DNA of 64,000 nt from a candidate division FCPU426 bacterium (GCA_030637655.1 DAOWGI010000099.1:17414-81413), one strand, 5' to 3'; positions 1 to 10,335 are shown, counted from the stretch's first letter. Numbers and translations: made by a program. The notes: generated from the letters alone by a model not told the origin.

Positions 1-591
1 GCGCAGATCATAGCAATAGCCCTGGCTCTCGGCATTCAAAAAAGCACGCACTGCCTGTTGGCCGGCCTTATACAATTCCGGAGTTTCAATGCCCACCAGC
101 CGTATATCCTGCCCACTCGTGCACACGTAATATTCCGCGCCTGTGATCTTGCCCTGTTTGACAAAATAATCACTCACTTGTTCCCGGATTTTTTTAATTG
201 GAAAGGTGCTGATCTTATCCGTATTAACCGTATCAAATGCTCCTTCCTCACCTATCAGTTTCAAACCGTTTTTTTTGACCAGGTGTTGAATGATGTTGGC
301 AATGTTTTTCTGTACCTCATAATTGCAATGCAGATCCTGGATGCAGACTATGGTTTTCCCATTGCCCTGAAATCCCCGGCTGATGGCGCCTATTTTCTCC
401 GGGATGGTCAGCGCTTTTCCCAGGTGAGCAATCCGCATAAAATTAGGCTGGCATATAGCATAATTACCGGCATCAAAGGCCCAGGTCACATAGGGCAGCA
501 CAAAACTCACGGTCATCATAATGGCGCAGGCTTTCAGCCATACGCTGAGCCGGGGATGGCGAAAAGCAGCGATAGATGGGATTTTATTCAT
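1..591 (-). CDS. 5' part of a secreted/membrane-anchored protein with an IQDLH...EEG...GAE...GIE domain (ChaN/TIKI/EreA-like); runs off the window edge
   Basis: Missing from the ORF track. Manual translation from ATG 591: MNKIPSIAAFRHPRLSVWLKACAIMMTVSFVLPYVTWA...IVCIQDLHCNYEVQKNIANII...LIGEEGA...ITGAEYY...LVGIETPELY; no stop before base 1; AAGGAG upstream. Confidence 0.75.
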   Translation of the reverse strand, partial: MNKIPSIAAFRHPRLSVWLKACAIMMTVSFVLPYVTWAFDAGNYAICQPNFMRIAHLGKALTIPEKIGAISRGFQGNGKTIVCIQDLHCNYEVQKNIANIIQHLVKKNGLKLIGEEGAFDTVNTDKISTFPIKKIREQVSDYFVKQGKITGAEYYVCTSGQDIRLVGIETPELYKAGQQAVRAFLNAESQGYCYDLR

Positions 592-749
592 TAGGATTTT
601 ACTCCTTAATATCAATTTATTTTAAATATATCACAGAAATTGAAGAAAGCAAACGTAGTAAATAAAAAAGAAATTTAATTGTTTTAAGAGGTGTGTTTCA
701 TTTCGAAGCGCTAAAAGAGGCAAAAATTACCATTATTTTAACGTCAATA

Positions 750-852
750 TCGGGGCTGCGAAGCGTCCCTCTTCGATGTTTTTCCGATCGGGGCTGCATA
801 GCGTACCAACTTTTCAATAATTACTCAGGCCAGGACTGCGTAGCGTCCCTCT
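750..852 (+). repeat. Three degenerate copies of a GGCTGCG-AGCGTCCCT module
   Basis: Copies at about 750, 788 and 833; the same module occurs inside the elements at 20667 and 22632. Confidence 0.55.
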
Positions 853-883
853 ACACATTCATTCCAAAGCCAGACACCGTTGA

Positions 884-2062
884 TCACTTTTTATAATTCG
901 CCAAGGTCTCCTGGTATACTTCAATTGTAGCTGCTGTCATCATTTCTTTATTGAAATGCATACATACATTATGCCGTCCGGTTTTACCCAACCGCCGGCT
1001 TAAAACCTTATCTTGCATAAGCATAATGGTCCGATGCGCCAGGGTCTCATAATCACGGATTGGCACCACATAACCATTTATATCATCCAGAATGATCTCC
1101 GGCATACCGCCGGCCCGGGATACAACCATGGGTTTTTCCGTGGCTTGCGCTTCCAGCATGGTTAGACCAAAGGGTTCCAAGGCAGTGGAAGGATAAATGC
1201 AAACTTCAGCCAAATTATACAGCTCTGCCATTTGATCAATACTAAAAGAATCAATATACATATGGTCCTGCATATCCAAGATACGAATCAATTCGGACAT
1301 GAATTCCATGTCCCCGTCCATATGCTGATCCCAATCAATGATATTCCCGGAACCTGCCAATACTAAAATGGTATTATCAATGTACTTCCGGACAATATTG
1401 GCCGCTTTAATACTAATATCCCCGCCTTTACCCAGGGATATCCGGGCCGGATGGAAGATTACCCGTTTGCCTTTCAAACGCGGATATTTGTCATACAGAT
1501 GCTCCACCTCAGTCAATGGTTGAAACTTATCCGTATCAATCCCATGATGTACTACTGTGACACGCTCATTGGGAAAACCAATACCGGTTATTTCCTTCTT
1601 AATAAAATGACTTACCGCAATGATATGATCCCAGGGAAACTTGGCAGTCAATTCCAGAAAAATATTTTCATTCCAGACATTGTGGGCGGTTAATATTATA
1701 GGAATGCCTTTTTCCTTGGCAACTTCAGCCAGCACTGTGGCATGGGTCCGGGTAAAATAATGCATATTATGGGCATGAATAATATCCGGTTTAGCCAAAT
1801 TTAAAAACGCTTTCAACTCTTTGGCAACCTGTTCTTCCGTAATCCCGGAATCCGTTCTTGCGACTCGGCTCAAATCCATGACCGAGGAATGAATGACTTC
1901 CACACCATGAAAATTCATACGTTTGTCAACGCCTTCTACTGTAGAAGTAAATACCCATTGCCGGTGACCGCGCGCGACCAATTCCGGCAATAAAATGGAC
2001 ATGTGAGTCTCTACACCACCTATGGTCGGCGGAAAACCCCAGTGTAATTGTGCTATTGTCAT
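884..2062 (-). CDS. Glycosyltransferase family 4 (GT-B, retaining)
   Basis: FPPTIGGVETH N-terminus; EPFGLTMLEA motif; ATG 2062 overlaps the GH65 stop (ATGA). Confidence 0.9.
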   Translation of the reverse strand: MTIAQLHWGFPPTIGGVETHMSILLPELVARGHRQWVFTSTVEGVDKRMNFHGVEVIHSSVMDLSRVARTDSGITEEQVAKELKAFLNLAKPDIIHAHNMHYFTRTHATVLAEVAKEKGIPIILTAHNVWNENIFLELTAKFPWDHIIAVSHFIKKEITGIGFPNERVTVVHHGIDTDKFQPLTEVEHLYDKYPRLKGKRVIFHPARISLGKGGDISIKAANIVRKYIDNTILVLAGSGNIIDWDQHMDGDMEFMSELIRILDMQDHMYIDSFSIDQMAELYNLAEVCIYPSTALEPFGLTMLEAQATEKPMVVSRAGGMPEIILDDINGYVVPIRDYETLAHRTIMLMQDKVLSRRLGKTGRHNVCMHFNKEMMTAATIEVYQETLANYKK

Positions 2063-4389
2063 TGACCGACTTCCCATAGATTCCTCCTTGATTTTATAAA
2101 TACGATCTGTTCCCGGCCTTTTAACAAGACCGGTTTTCCTCCTACATAAACCCGAAGGGTGTGGCTGGCCGGCGCGTCATACAAGAGCGACATCCGCTTT
2201 TGGCCGGCACTGACACTCAGGGGTTTTCCTTGCCATTGAATGGTAAAACAAATATCTTTAATCGCCCCGGGTACCTGGGGATTAAATGAAAGTTTGTCAA
2301 AATAGACCCGCATACCGGCAAATCCATTCACAGCCACCTGCCAGGTAGCGCCTAAAGAAGCTCCGTGAATCCCGCGTGCCGTATTGTTATACAAATTATG
2401 AATATCCGTAAACAAGCACGCTAAAAAATAATTATAAGCCTTCTTAGAATCACCAACTTCCGCTCCTATAATAGCGTAAGTGGAAGGACTCAGCGAGGAT
2501 TTATGCAGGGTCCGGGCATCATAATATTCGTAATTTGCTTTCTTGGTCTTGGCATCAAATTCATCAGAGAGCAGGTACAACAGAATCAAGGTATCCCCTT
2601 GTTTCACAAATTGCGTGTTGCACAGGGTAGTCACAGAATCATACTTTTCCGGCACACCGGGCAAATAATATTTTTTTCGCTGCGGCAGTTTGACATATTT
2701 CATTTTAAAAAATCCGTCAAACTCTTCAATCACACCATCAATCCGTTGGGGCGGATATTTGATAAATTTGGCCACCCGCTCCCATTGACGCAAACTTTTT
2801 TTATCCAGGCTGATCTTTTTCATAACCTGACGGACACCTTTGGCATTCTTTTTTTCTAAATCATGCAGACATTTCAAAGCTGCCTGTATGTTGTAGCGGG
2901 CCATACCATTGGTAAAAGCATTGTTGTTGGTATTGGCATGAAATTCGTCACATCCCATGACACCTTTAATCTCATAATGCTTTTTTTGTTTGTTCCAGGA
3001 GACGCGGCTTACCCAATAGTGTGCTGTTTCCAGCAACAATTCCAGACCATAGTTGAGCATAAACGCCTTATCGCCGGTAACATGATAATAGTGCCAAGTA
3101 GCATAGCCGATATCCGCAATAATGTGTTCTTCTTCACCAATAATGGTCTTTACGATCCTACCGTTTAAATCCACGGTAAAACGCGGAGTCACTTCCACAC
3201 CTTGGTCCGCTGATTCCCAGGGAAACTGAGCGCCGGCATATCCCCGGCCGGCAGCAATCTTGCGTGCCGGATCCAAGCGATGGTAGCGGTATCTGAGCAA
3301 GGCTCTGGCTGCTGCCGGATCCGTATAGATATAAAACGGCAGCATAAATAATTCCGTATCCCAAAAAATATGTCCCTTGTAATCTTCCGCGCTTAAAGCG
3401 CGAGCGCCAATGCTGGCTTGTCCGTCAGCCGGATTGGAAAGAATTGCCAAATGATAAATATTAAAACGCAAAGCACGCTGCACTTCACCGCCGCACCCGA
3501 GCAGCACATCCGATTTTTCCCAGGTGGAAAGCCAGGCATTGCGATGCATTTCAAAATTTTCACGAAACCCTTTACGCACTGCTTGTTTTAATAATGTCAG
3601 GGTTGCATTTTTAATATTACGTTCGGTTATCCCTGTATCCCGGGTTGAGTTGATGGCAATTAATTTGGTAAAGCAAAGTGTCTGCTTTTTGTTCGCCTTA
3701 ATCGCAAACTTTTCTTTGGTCTCTATTCTCTCGCGTTTTCCGAGCTTGATTTTTAAATTGGTGGCAAACGCCAGCAGATACTTATGCTCAAAGGTCATAT
3801 CCGAGAGATAATTGCACTGACCACTACTGCTCTTTTCTTTGGTCACATAATGCATTTTATTCCCTTCAGTCATAATACCCTTGTTGGTGACCTGATCATC
3901 CACCAAGGTCTCGATCTCGAAATTGGCCGGCCCGTCCAAGGGCGTTAAACAAACCCGCAGGGCGGCCAAATGTTTTTCGGCAATATTAAAAAAACGAACC
4001 GACTCCAGGCAATAACGCTTTTTATCTTTGGCTTGGTATACTGTCTTTCTGACCAGCAGGCCTTGTCGCAGGTCCAAGGCACGATAATGGGAGAGCACTT
4101 GCATGGAAGCAACACTCAACTCCTCCTGATTTATCTTTACCTGAAATACAATCGGATTGGGAGCATTAACCAGTTCGGTCACCTGGGTGTTTTTACCATC
4201 GTAGAGTCCGGCAAAATAGGTGCCGGGCGCGCAACCCTTTGGCACTTCCTCCAATATCCCCCGGCTCCCTAAATATCCATTACCCAAGGTAAATACGGAT
4301 TCATTCAAGGTTTGCTTGGCAGGATTCCAGCCTTTTTCCTCCACCAACCATTCTGTTGAACTCACACTTGGAATCATCGTACTACTCAT
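2059..4389 (-). CDS. GH65 disaccharide phosphorylase (kojibiose/trehalose/glucosylglycerol phosphorylase-like)
   Basis: GNGYLGSRG, YKGHIFWDTE, FPWES, GCDEFH (catalytic Glu), KQGD, HKSSLS. Confidence 0.9.
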   Translation of the reverse strand: MSSTMIPSVSSTEWLVEEKGWNPAKQTLNESVFTLGNGYLGSRGILEEVPKGCAPGTYFAGLYDGKNTQVTELVNAPNPIVFQVKINQEELSVASMQVLSHYRALDLRQGLLVRKTVYQAKDKKRYCLESVRFFNIAEKHLAALRVCLTPLDGPANFEIETLVDDQVTNKGIMTEGNKMHYVTKEKSSSGQCNYLSDMTFEHKYLLAFATNLKIKLGKRERIETKEKFAIKANKKQTLCFTKLIAINSTRDTGITERNIKNATLTLLKQAVRKGFRENFEMHRNAWLSTWEKSDVLLGCGGEVQRALRFNIYHLAILSNPADGQASIGARALSAEDYKGHIFWDTELFMLPFYIYTDPAAARALLRYRYHRLDPARKIAAGRGYAGAQFPWESADQGVEVTPRFTVDLNGRIVKTIIGEEEHIIADIGYATWHYYHVTGDKAFMLNYGLELLLETAHYWVSRVSWNKQKKHYEIKGVMGCDEFHANTNNNAFTNGMARYNIQAALKCLHDLEKKNAKGVRQVMKKISLDKKSLRQWERVAKFIKYPPQRIDGVIEEFDGFFKMKYVKLPQRKKYYLPGVPEKYDSVTTLCNTQFVKQGDTLILLYLLSDEFDAKTKKANYEYYDARTLHKSSLSPSTYAIIGAEVGDSKKAYNYFLACLFTDIHNLYNNTARGIHGASLGATWQVAVNGFAGMRVYFDKLSFNPQVPGAIKDICFTIQWQGKPLSVSAGQKRMSLLYDAPASHTLRVYVGGKPVLLKGREQIVFIKSRRNLWEVGQ

Positions 4390-4431
4390 TGCTAAACCCC
4401 CTTCAATTACAGCGTCCGAATAATAAAAATA

Positions 4432-5820
4432 TTAAAATGCAGCGCTTCCGTGCGTTCTGGGAAATGGTATCACATCCCGAATATTTTGCATCCCAGTAAC
4501 AAATTGCACCAGCCGCTCAAATCCCAGACCAAACCCGGCATGCGGAACTGAACCATAGCGGCGCAAATCCAGGTACCAATGGTAGTCTGCCGGATTCAAA
4601 TTCAAGCTTTTTATCCTGTTCAACAATTGCTCATAATCATTTTCGCGCTCACTACCGCCAATAATCTCACCCAAACGCGGTACCAGCACATCCAAAGCAC
4701 GCACAGTTTTATCATCCGCATTCATTTTCATATAAAAGGCCTTGCTGGTCTTGGGATAATCTGTAATCATCACCGGTTTTTTATACACCTGCTCAGTCAA
4801 ATACTTCTCATGTTCAGACTGCAAGTCTTTTCCCCAAGCAACTGGGAATTCAAATTCTATTTTCGCTGCTGCTAATTTTTTAACGGCCTCGGTATAGGTG
4901 ATGCGCTCAAATTTTTCTTGGCTAATATGCTCCAGCGTCCGGATAACTGTTTTATCCACCCAATGGTTGAAAAATGCCATATCTTCCTGACAGTGTTCCA
5001 ACACATAGGCGAAAATATACTTCAAAAATGCTTCTGCCACATCCATATTCTGCGCAATATCGCAGAAAGCCATTTCCGGTTCCACCATCCAGAATTCCGC
5101 TAAATGACGGGCTGTATTGGAATGCTCTGCCCGGAAGGTCGGCCCAAAGGTATAAATATCTCCCAGGGCCAAGGCACAGATTTCTCCCTCCAATTGGCCG
5201 CTCACTGTCAATCCGGTTCTTTTTCCGAAAAAGTCCCGGGTATAATCCACCTTGCCCGCATTAAGAGGCACTTTATCCATGGGCAAGGTCGTGACCTGAA
5301 ACATCTCCCCTGAGCCCTCGCAATCACTACTGGTTATAATTGGAGTGTGGATGTATACAAATCCACGTTCCTGAAAAAAATGATGGATAGCCATGCTCAA
5401 AGCATTGCGCACGCGTAAAACCGCGCTGATGGTATTCGTCCGCGGACGCAGATGCGCTATGTCGCGCAAAAACTCGAAGGAATGTCTTTTTTTCTGTAAC
5501 GGATAGGTCTCAGGATCTGCCAAGCCATAAATGGCAATTAGTGTCGCTTGAAGCTCTACCGACTGACCGCCGCCTTGCGAAGACACCAAACGCCCTTCCA
5601 CTTTTACACTGGTCCCGGTAGTTAGTTTGACGGTGAGATTGGCGTATTCCGGAATATTTTGGTCAAAGATGACCTGCAAATTACTTAGACAGGAGCCATC
5701 GTTGATTTCTAAAAAGGAAAAAGTCTTACTTTCGCGTTTGGTTCGCACCCAACCCTTAACTACAATGTCTTGCTGATCTGCTTTCATTCCTAAGAGCGCT
5801 TTAATACTTTTTTGATTCAT
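4432..5820 (-). CDS. asnS: Asparagine--tRNA ligase
   Basis: N-terminal OB fold; LTVSGQL, PTFRAE, HLAEFWMVEPE, GFGLGFERL. Confidence 0.97.
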   Translation of the reverse strand: MNQKSIKALLGMKADQQDIVVKGWVRTKRESKTFSFLEINDGSCLSNLQVIFDQNIPEYANLTVKLTTGTSVKVEGRLVSSQGGGQSVELQATLIAIYGLADPETYPLQKKRHSFEFLRDIAHLRPRTNTISAVLRVRNALSMAIHHFFQERGFVYIHTPIITSSDCEGSGEMFQVTTLPMDKVPLNAGKVDYTRDFFGKRTGLTVSGQLEGEICALALGDIYTFGPTFRAEHSNTARHLAEFWMVEPEMAFCDIAQNMDVAEAFLKYIFAYVLEHCQEDMAFFNHWVDKTVIRTLEHISQEKFERITYTEAVKKLAAAKIEFEFPVAWGKDLQSEHEKYLTEQVYKKPVMITDYPKTSKAFYMKMNADDKTVRALDVLVPRLGEIIGGSERENDYEQLLNRIKSLNLNPADYHWYLDLRRYGSVPHAGFGLGFERLVQFVTGMQNIRDVIPFPRTHGSAAF

Positions 5821-5904
5821 AAATTATCGCTTTCCCGGCATTCTTCACAGCGCAACATTTTACCATTTTTTCGCGCCGACGAAAAGAAAAGAGAAGGCAT
5901 AAAA

Positions 5905-6068
5905 GTAACAGGTCAGTCATGCCTTTTTTGTTTGTCATCCGTGAAGGCAGCCCCCACTCTGTCATCCCCGAATGCTTGTATCGGGGATATGGTTTAAAAA
6001 ACCAGATTCCCGCTAAAACCATGCGGGAATGACAACCTTTGTTTAACTGCAGTTCACTGACCTGTTAC
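5905..6068. mobile_element. MITE-like element, GTAAC family, cargo type A
   Basis: TIR GTAACAGGTCAGT / ACTGACCTGTTAC; flanks GCATAAAA / GCCTAAAA (7/8 TSD); internal GTCATCCCCG...GGGAATGAC hairpins. Confidence 0.8.
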
Positions 6069-6201
6069 GCCTAAAAACTCCGGATTTTGATTCAGCACTT
6101 AAAATATTTCCTTTTGTCTCAACTCCTTTCCTCCGATCCTAATGTATAGTGACAGCAGCAATTTATATAACAGGAGTACTAAGGCACATAGGAGTTCGAG
6201 C

Positions 6202-8739
6202 ATGCCAGACCCCATGCACTTAAACGACAATTGGCAAGTTCGCTGGGCGGATATCTCCTGGGGCCCTGAAAAAGCCGCGGAGATTTTACACTTGCAAGAC
6301 AATTGGCTGCCCTGCTCATTACCGTGTGATGTACACACTCCGTTGATCACCGCGAATATTATTCCCGAACCCTTGGAAGCAGACCATTCTTTTGCCTCCA
6401 ACTGGATCGAAGAAAAATCCTGGTGGTTCAAAACCACGTTCACTCTAACTCAAAAACACCTTTCTTTCCAACGCCTGGAACTTTTCCTGGAATCTCTTGA
6501 TGCTGAAGCGGATGTTTTTCTGAATGATGTACATATCGGGCATCACCGCAGCGCTTTTTATCCTTTTACTTCAGATATCAAAGCTCAGGCCAAAACCGGA
6601 ATAAATACACTTTTAATACGACTGACCACCGGAGTAGAACGTTTTGGCGAGGATACACCAGAGGGGATCAAAGCCTTTACCTGCATTGAGGAAAACTCAC
6701 CGCAAGGCCGCCGCGGAGACCGGCGCCGTATCTTTGTGCGCAAACCGCAGTATGTATTCGGCTGGGATTGGGCTCCACGCGTCCCCTCGTGCGGCATCAT
6801 GGGCAAAGCGGAACTTAAATTTCACAATATTTTTATTTTCCACTCTGTTCAGGCGCGCACGCATAGTATCGACCCCTCGGCTGCGCTAACTTTCAGTTGT
6901 GAAATCGAGAATTTAGAGACCTACGCCACCCGCGAAGCCGCCATCCTTATCCAGGTATACGAAAATGACCACTGTGTTTTACGCCTTGAAAAAATGGCCT
7001 GCCTGCGCTCCGGGTTAAACAGCATTGACTTGGAAGGCACTCTGTCGTGCCCTAAATTGTGGTGGCCGCAAGGTATGGGCGAACAATTCTTATACCATAT
7101 CAAGGCTTATGTACAGTGCGACATACCCTTTTTTCCTACCGAACCAATTGCCTATCCTGGCTTTGCCTACGGGATCCGGACCCTCCAGCTGGATTTGTCT
7201 CAAGTTAATCTCAATGAACGTCTCTTTACTTTTGTTATCAACGGGCAGCGCATTTTCTGCAAAGGTGCCAACTGGATACCGGCAGACTCAATCTATGCCC
7301 GCGTTACTTCTCAGACCTACGAAACACTGGTTAAGGAAGCTGCAACCGCCAATTTTAACATGCTGCGTGTTTGGGGTGGCGGACGCTATGAGCCGGACCT
7401 TTTCTATCACCTTTGTGATCAAAACGGAATCCTGCTTTGGCAGGATTTCATGTTCAGCTGCGCTTTGTATCCCGACCATGAACCCTGGTTTGTCGAAGAA
7501 GTCAAACGGGAATTGGATTATCAAACCAAACGCTTACGAAATCATCCGAGCCTGGCACTGTGGTGCGGCAACAACAAAAACCACTGGCTCTTTTCTCAAC
7601 GCCTGAAAGATAAAGGTCAACCCTTTGGCGGAGCATTCATATACAACATTTTAGCTCCGGAAACAATTCGAAAAAGCAATCCGGATATCCCTTATTGGAA
7701 CAGTTCGCCTTTTGGTGGTGATACTCCCAATGCCCTCGAGATTGGAGACCAACACTATTGGCATGATGGCATGCTGCACAAAGAAATGGAAAAACGCATC
7801 ACTCCGGAAATATATGATACGATCACGGCCAAATTCATTTCTGAGTGTGGATACATTGGACCGGCCCGGAAAGAATCGATCCAAAAATATTTCGGACAAC
7901 ACAGTATCACGTTACAGGACCCCATCTGGAATCTGCATAACAACACCTTTGAAAAAAAAACGGTTTTAGCCGGCATCCATAAACACTACGCAGATACCCG
8001 GCATTTGTCCTTGGACGAATACTTGTTATACGCCGGTTTGTGCCAGGGATTGATGCTGGGATATTCCTTGGAAGCCCTACGTTTCAAGGAGCCCTGTTCA
8101 GGTGTGCTTTTTTGGATGTACAATGACACTTGGGGCGAAAACGGCTGGTCGATAATGGATTACTATCACGCGCGCAAAATTGCTTACTATTTTGTTAAAC
8201 GCGCGTTCGAACCCATTAAATTCATCCTGCGAACGGTAAACGGTATTATTCGAGTAACCGGATTTAACGAAACACCAAACAATCAACAAATCACTCTGGA
8301 ATACGGTTCCCTGGCTTTCTCGGGAAAAAATCGCCGGACCGAAACCAAATCCATTGTAATCAAACCGCATGGACACCGGATTGTGTTGGAATTCCCCTTA
8401 TCCGGAATTGATCCAAGCCGGCATTTTTATTTTGTCCTGCCGAACAATAATTTTTCCCCCGCGCTTTTACGACAAAACGTCTTTCGTACCCAAGCTCACA
8501 CCCCGCCAAACTTGACCATCGACAATGTGGAAATTAAAAACGCACATGCTGTTTTTACCATAACCACCGATGTTTTCGCCCATGCAGTTCACTTTAATCT
8601 CAATCCGGAAATTGTATTATCCGACGAATATTTTGATCTCTTGCCCGGCCAGATGAAAATCATCACTTTATCCAATGTCCCATCCATGTTTTCTTCAAAA
8701 CAAATTATGCCTAAATCAGTCTTTTTAACCAAAAAATAA
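6202..8739 (+). CDS. GH2 beta-mannosidase-like glycoside hydrolase (acid/base Glu apparently replaced by Lys)
   Basis: RKPQYVFGWDWAP, KGANWIP, NMLRVWGGG, WQDFMFSC, WCGNNK, FISECG; AGGAG before ATG 6202. Confidence 0.9.
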   Translation: MPDPMHLNDNWQVRWADISWGPEKAAEILHLQDNWLPCSLPCDVHTPLITANIIPEPLEADHSFASNWIEEKSWWFKTTFTLTQKHLSFQRLELFLESLDAEADVFLNDVHIGHHRSAFYPFTSDIKAQAKTGINTLLIRLTTGVERFGEDTPEGIKAFTCIEENSPQGRRGDRRRIFVRKPQYVFGWDWAPRVPSCGIMGKAELKFHNIFIFHSVQARTHSIDPSAALTFSCEIENLETYATREAAILIQVYENDHCVLRLEKMACLRSGLNSIDLEGTLSCPKLWWPQGMGEQFLYHIKAYVQCDIPFFPTEPIAYPGFAYGIRTLQLDLSQVNLNERLFTFVINGQRIFCKGANWIPADSIYARVTSQTYETLVKEAATANFNMLRVWGGGRYEPDLFYHLCDQNGILLWQDFMFSCALYPDHEPWFVEEVKRELDYQTKRLRNHPSLALWCGNNKNHWLFSQRLKDKGQPFGGAFIYNILAPETIRKSNPDIPYWNSSPFGGDTPNALEIGDQHYWHDGMLHKEMEKRITPEIYDTITAKFISECGYIGPARKESIQKYFGQHSITLQDPIWNLHNNTFEKKTVLAGIHKHYADTRHLSLDEYLLYAGLCQGLMLGYSLEALRFKEPCSGVLFWMYNDTWGENGWSIMDYYHARKIAYYFVKRAFEPIKFILRTVNGIIRVTGFNETPNNQQITLEYGSLAFSGKNRRTETKSIVIKPHGHRIVLEFPLSGIDPSRHFYFVLPNNNFSPALLRQNVFRTQAHTPPNLTIDNVEIKNAHAVFTITTDVFAHAVHFNLNPEIVLSDEYFDLLPGQMKIITLSNVPSMFSSKQIMPKSVFLTKK

Positions 8740-8741
8740 TT

Positions 8742-8760
8742 GTAACATATCAGTGAAGCG
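8742..8760 (+). mobile_element. Solo end of a GTAAC-family element
   Basis: GTAACATATCAGTGAAGCG matches the 50919 end; no partner end nearby. Confidence 0.55.
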
Positions 8761-8811
8761 AGAAAGACATATGGTCTGCTGAAAAAAATGAGCCGGGCTG
8801 GTTTCTACTAA

Positions 8812-10227
8812 TCAACCGACTTTTTGTTCGACGCGTCGGATATCTTCCTTACGAATCAATTGATCGGTCAGGCGTAACCACTCAATCATTAAAATATTAT
8901 ATTGCATAGTCAGATAGATTTGCTGATAACGGTTTTCTTCCAGATCATTGCCCGCCAGAATAAGATCATTGAGTTCCGCGCGGCTCTGCATATAATATTT
9001 GGTTTCAGACTTCAATACCGCCTCAGACAAGGATACTTTTTGTTTAGCTATTGCCAGCTGTTTTTGCGTGCTAAGAATATCTGTATATAATGTTTCCAAA
9101 TCCGTGCGAAGTTGCTTATGGGTATTCATATTCGCAAGCTTCGTCTTTTTATGCTTCGTCTTGGCCAACGCGTAGCGCCACTGTTTTGTATCATTCAAAA
9201 ACGGTATTTCCACCGCCAGACCCGCATACATCGCATTTTTACGGCCGGCAAAAGCCTCATCAGACCCTTCGGCTGTGTAACCAAGCAATATCTCAATAGA
9301 CGGCAACAGTTGATCCGCGTACTGCGCGACCTCAACCCCGTTTTTCCGCTCCAGTAGTTTTAGTATATGCTGTGTCCGGCTGTTTTGGACAAACCCGGCA
9401 TATTCGTAAGCAAATGCTTTTTTCAAGGGATGATAGGTCTCCGGTTCCATAGGTTGCAAAGCATCCGGTGTTGTGACTCCAATAGCCTGCCGAATCACCA
9501 AGGTCAAATCCAAGAGAGTTTTTTTCAAGCTAATCAACGTAGACTCTTTGCTCAACACTTGCACATGAATCTTATTCACATCGCTTTGATCCGCAATACG
9601 GTTTCTTTTTCGGGCTCGCACATTTTCCAGTAATTTCCGGTTTTCCCGAAAGGTTGTTTCACTGGTCGTCACGCGCATTTGGGCTGCGTACCAGGAATAA
9701 TATGTTTTCATACTTTGTGCCAAATAATCCTGATACGCTTCAACCATCTGGTGTTGAGCTAGCTCGATCTCCAGACCGGAAATTTTCTCTGCCAGGCGAT
9801 TGGCATGACCAAAAGCATTTTCCGCAATGGGCTGAGCGACCATGGCAGTGAATCGAGAATACGGCTCATTGAGCACATTGCCGGTTGCAAGACCGTATGT
9901 CACACCCAGCTCTGTCCCAGTACCGGGAAACAACTTACTCAGACCAAGACTGCCTTCCGGACCGCTTTCTTCATCCTCGTGCCAGGACAGGTTGTACTGC
10001 CCCTTGACGGCTATGAGCAGATCAGCGGCTGTTAATCCCAATTTCGCTTGATACTGGTAAATCAACTCATCCAACAAAATGATCTCGAAATTAACATCTT
10101 TTTTGCAAGTCAGAGTGACAAATTCTTGTAAAGCCAGAGGTTGCGGCGCGTCTTGCGCAGTAACCATTGAAGACAGCAAGCAACTATATATTATCACAAA
10201 CAAGATTTTCTTTCGCATATTGTCCAT
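8812..10227 (-). CDS. TolC-family outer membrane protein
   Basis: Signal peptide; two helical/beta repeats (A..LLPSIEILLGY); length about 470 aa; start 10227 or 10218. Confidence 0.75.
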   Translation of the reverse strand: MDNMRKKILFVIIYSCLLSSMVTAQDAPQPLALQEFVTLTCKKDVNFEIILLDELIYQYQAKLGLTAADLLIAVKGQYNLSWHEDEESGPEGSLGLSKLFPGTGTELGVTYGLATGNVLNEPYSRFTAMVAQPIAENAFGHANRLAEKISGLEIELAQHQMVEAYQDYLAQSMKTYYSWYAAQMRVTTSETTFRENRKLLENVRARKRNRIADQSDVNKIHVQVLSKESTLISLKKTLLDLTLVIRQAIGVTTPDALQPMEPETYHPLKKAFAYEYAGFVQNSRTQHILKLLERKNGVEVAQYADQLLPSIEILLGYTAEGSDEAFAGRKNAMYAGLAVEIPFLNDTKQWRYALAKTKHKKTKLANMNTHKQLRTDLETLYTDILSTQKQLAIAKQKVSLSEAVLKSETKYYMQSRAELNDLILAGNDLEENRYQQIYLTMQYNILMIEWLRLTDQLIRKEDIRRVEQKVG

Positions 10228-10335
10228 CCTTACCCAACGTTTAAAATAATGAATAATCCTGCGGTCCAACAAACTATAACTGTTTTTATTTTAACCGAAG
10301 TTGCGCTCCCAGGCAACGAACATCTTAGTAATATC

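Noticed and set aside
58-594. 178-aa plus-strand ORF
   Set aside because: Antisense shadow of the minus-strand gene starting at 591
5905-6068. Integron attC sites for the GTAAC...GTTAC elements
   Set aside because: Ends do not fit RYYYAAC/GTTRRRY, orientation is inconsistent, 8-bp TSDs point to transposition, and no intI is present
8786-8798. 13-bp match AAATGAGCCGGGC with the reverse complement near 32150
   Set aside because: Matches of this length are expected by chance in 64 kb
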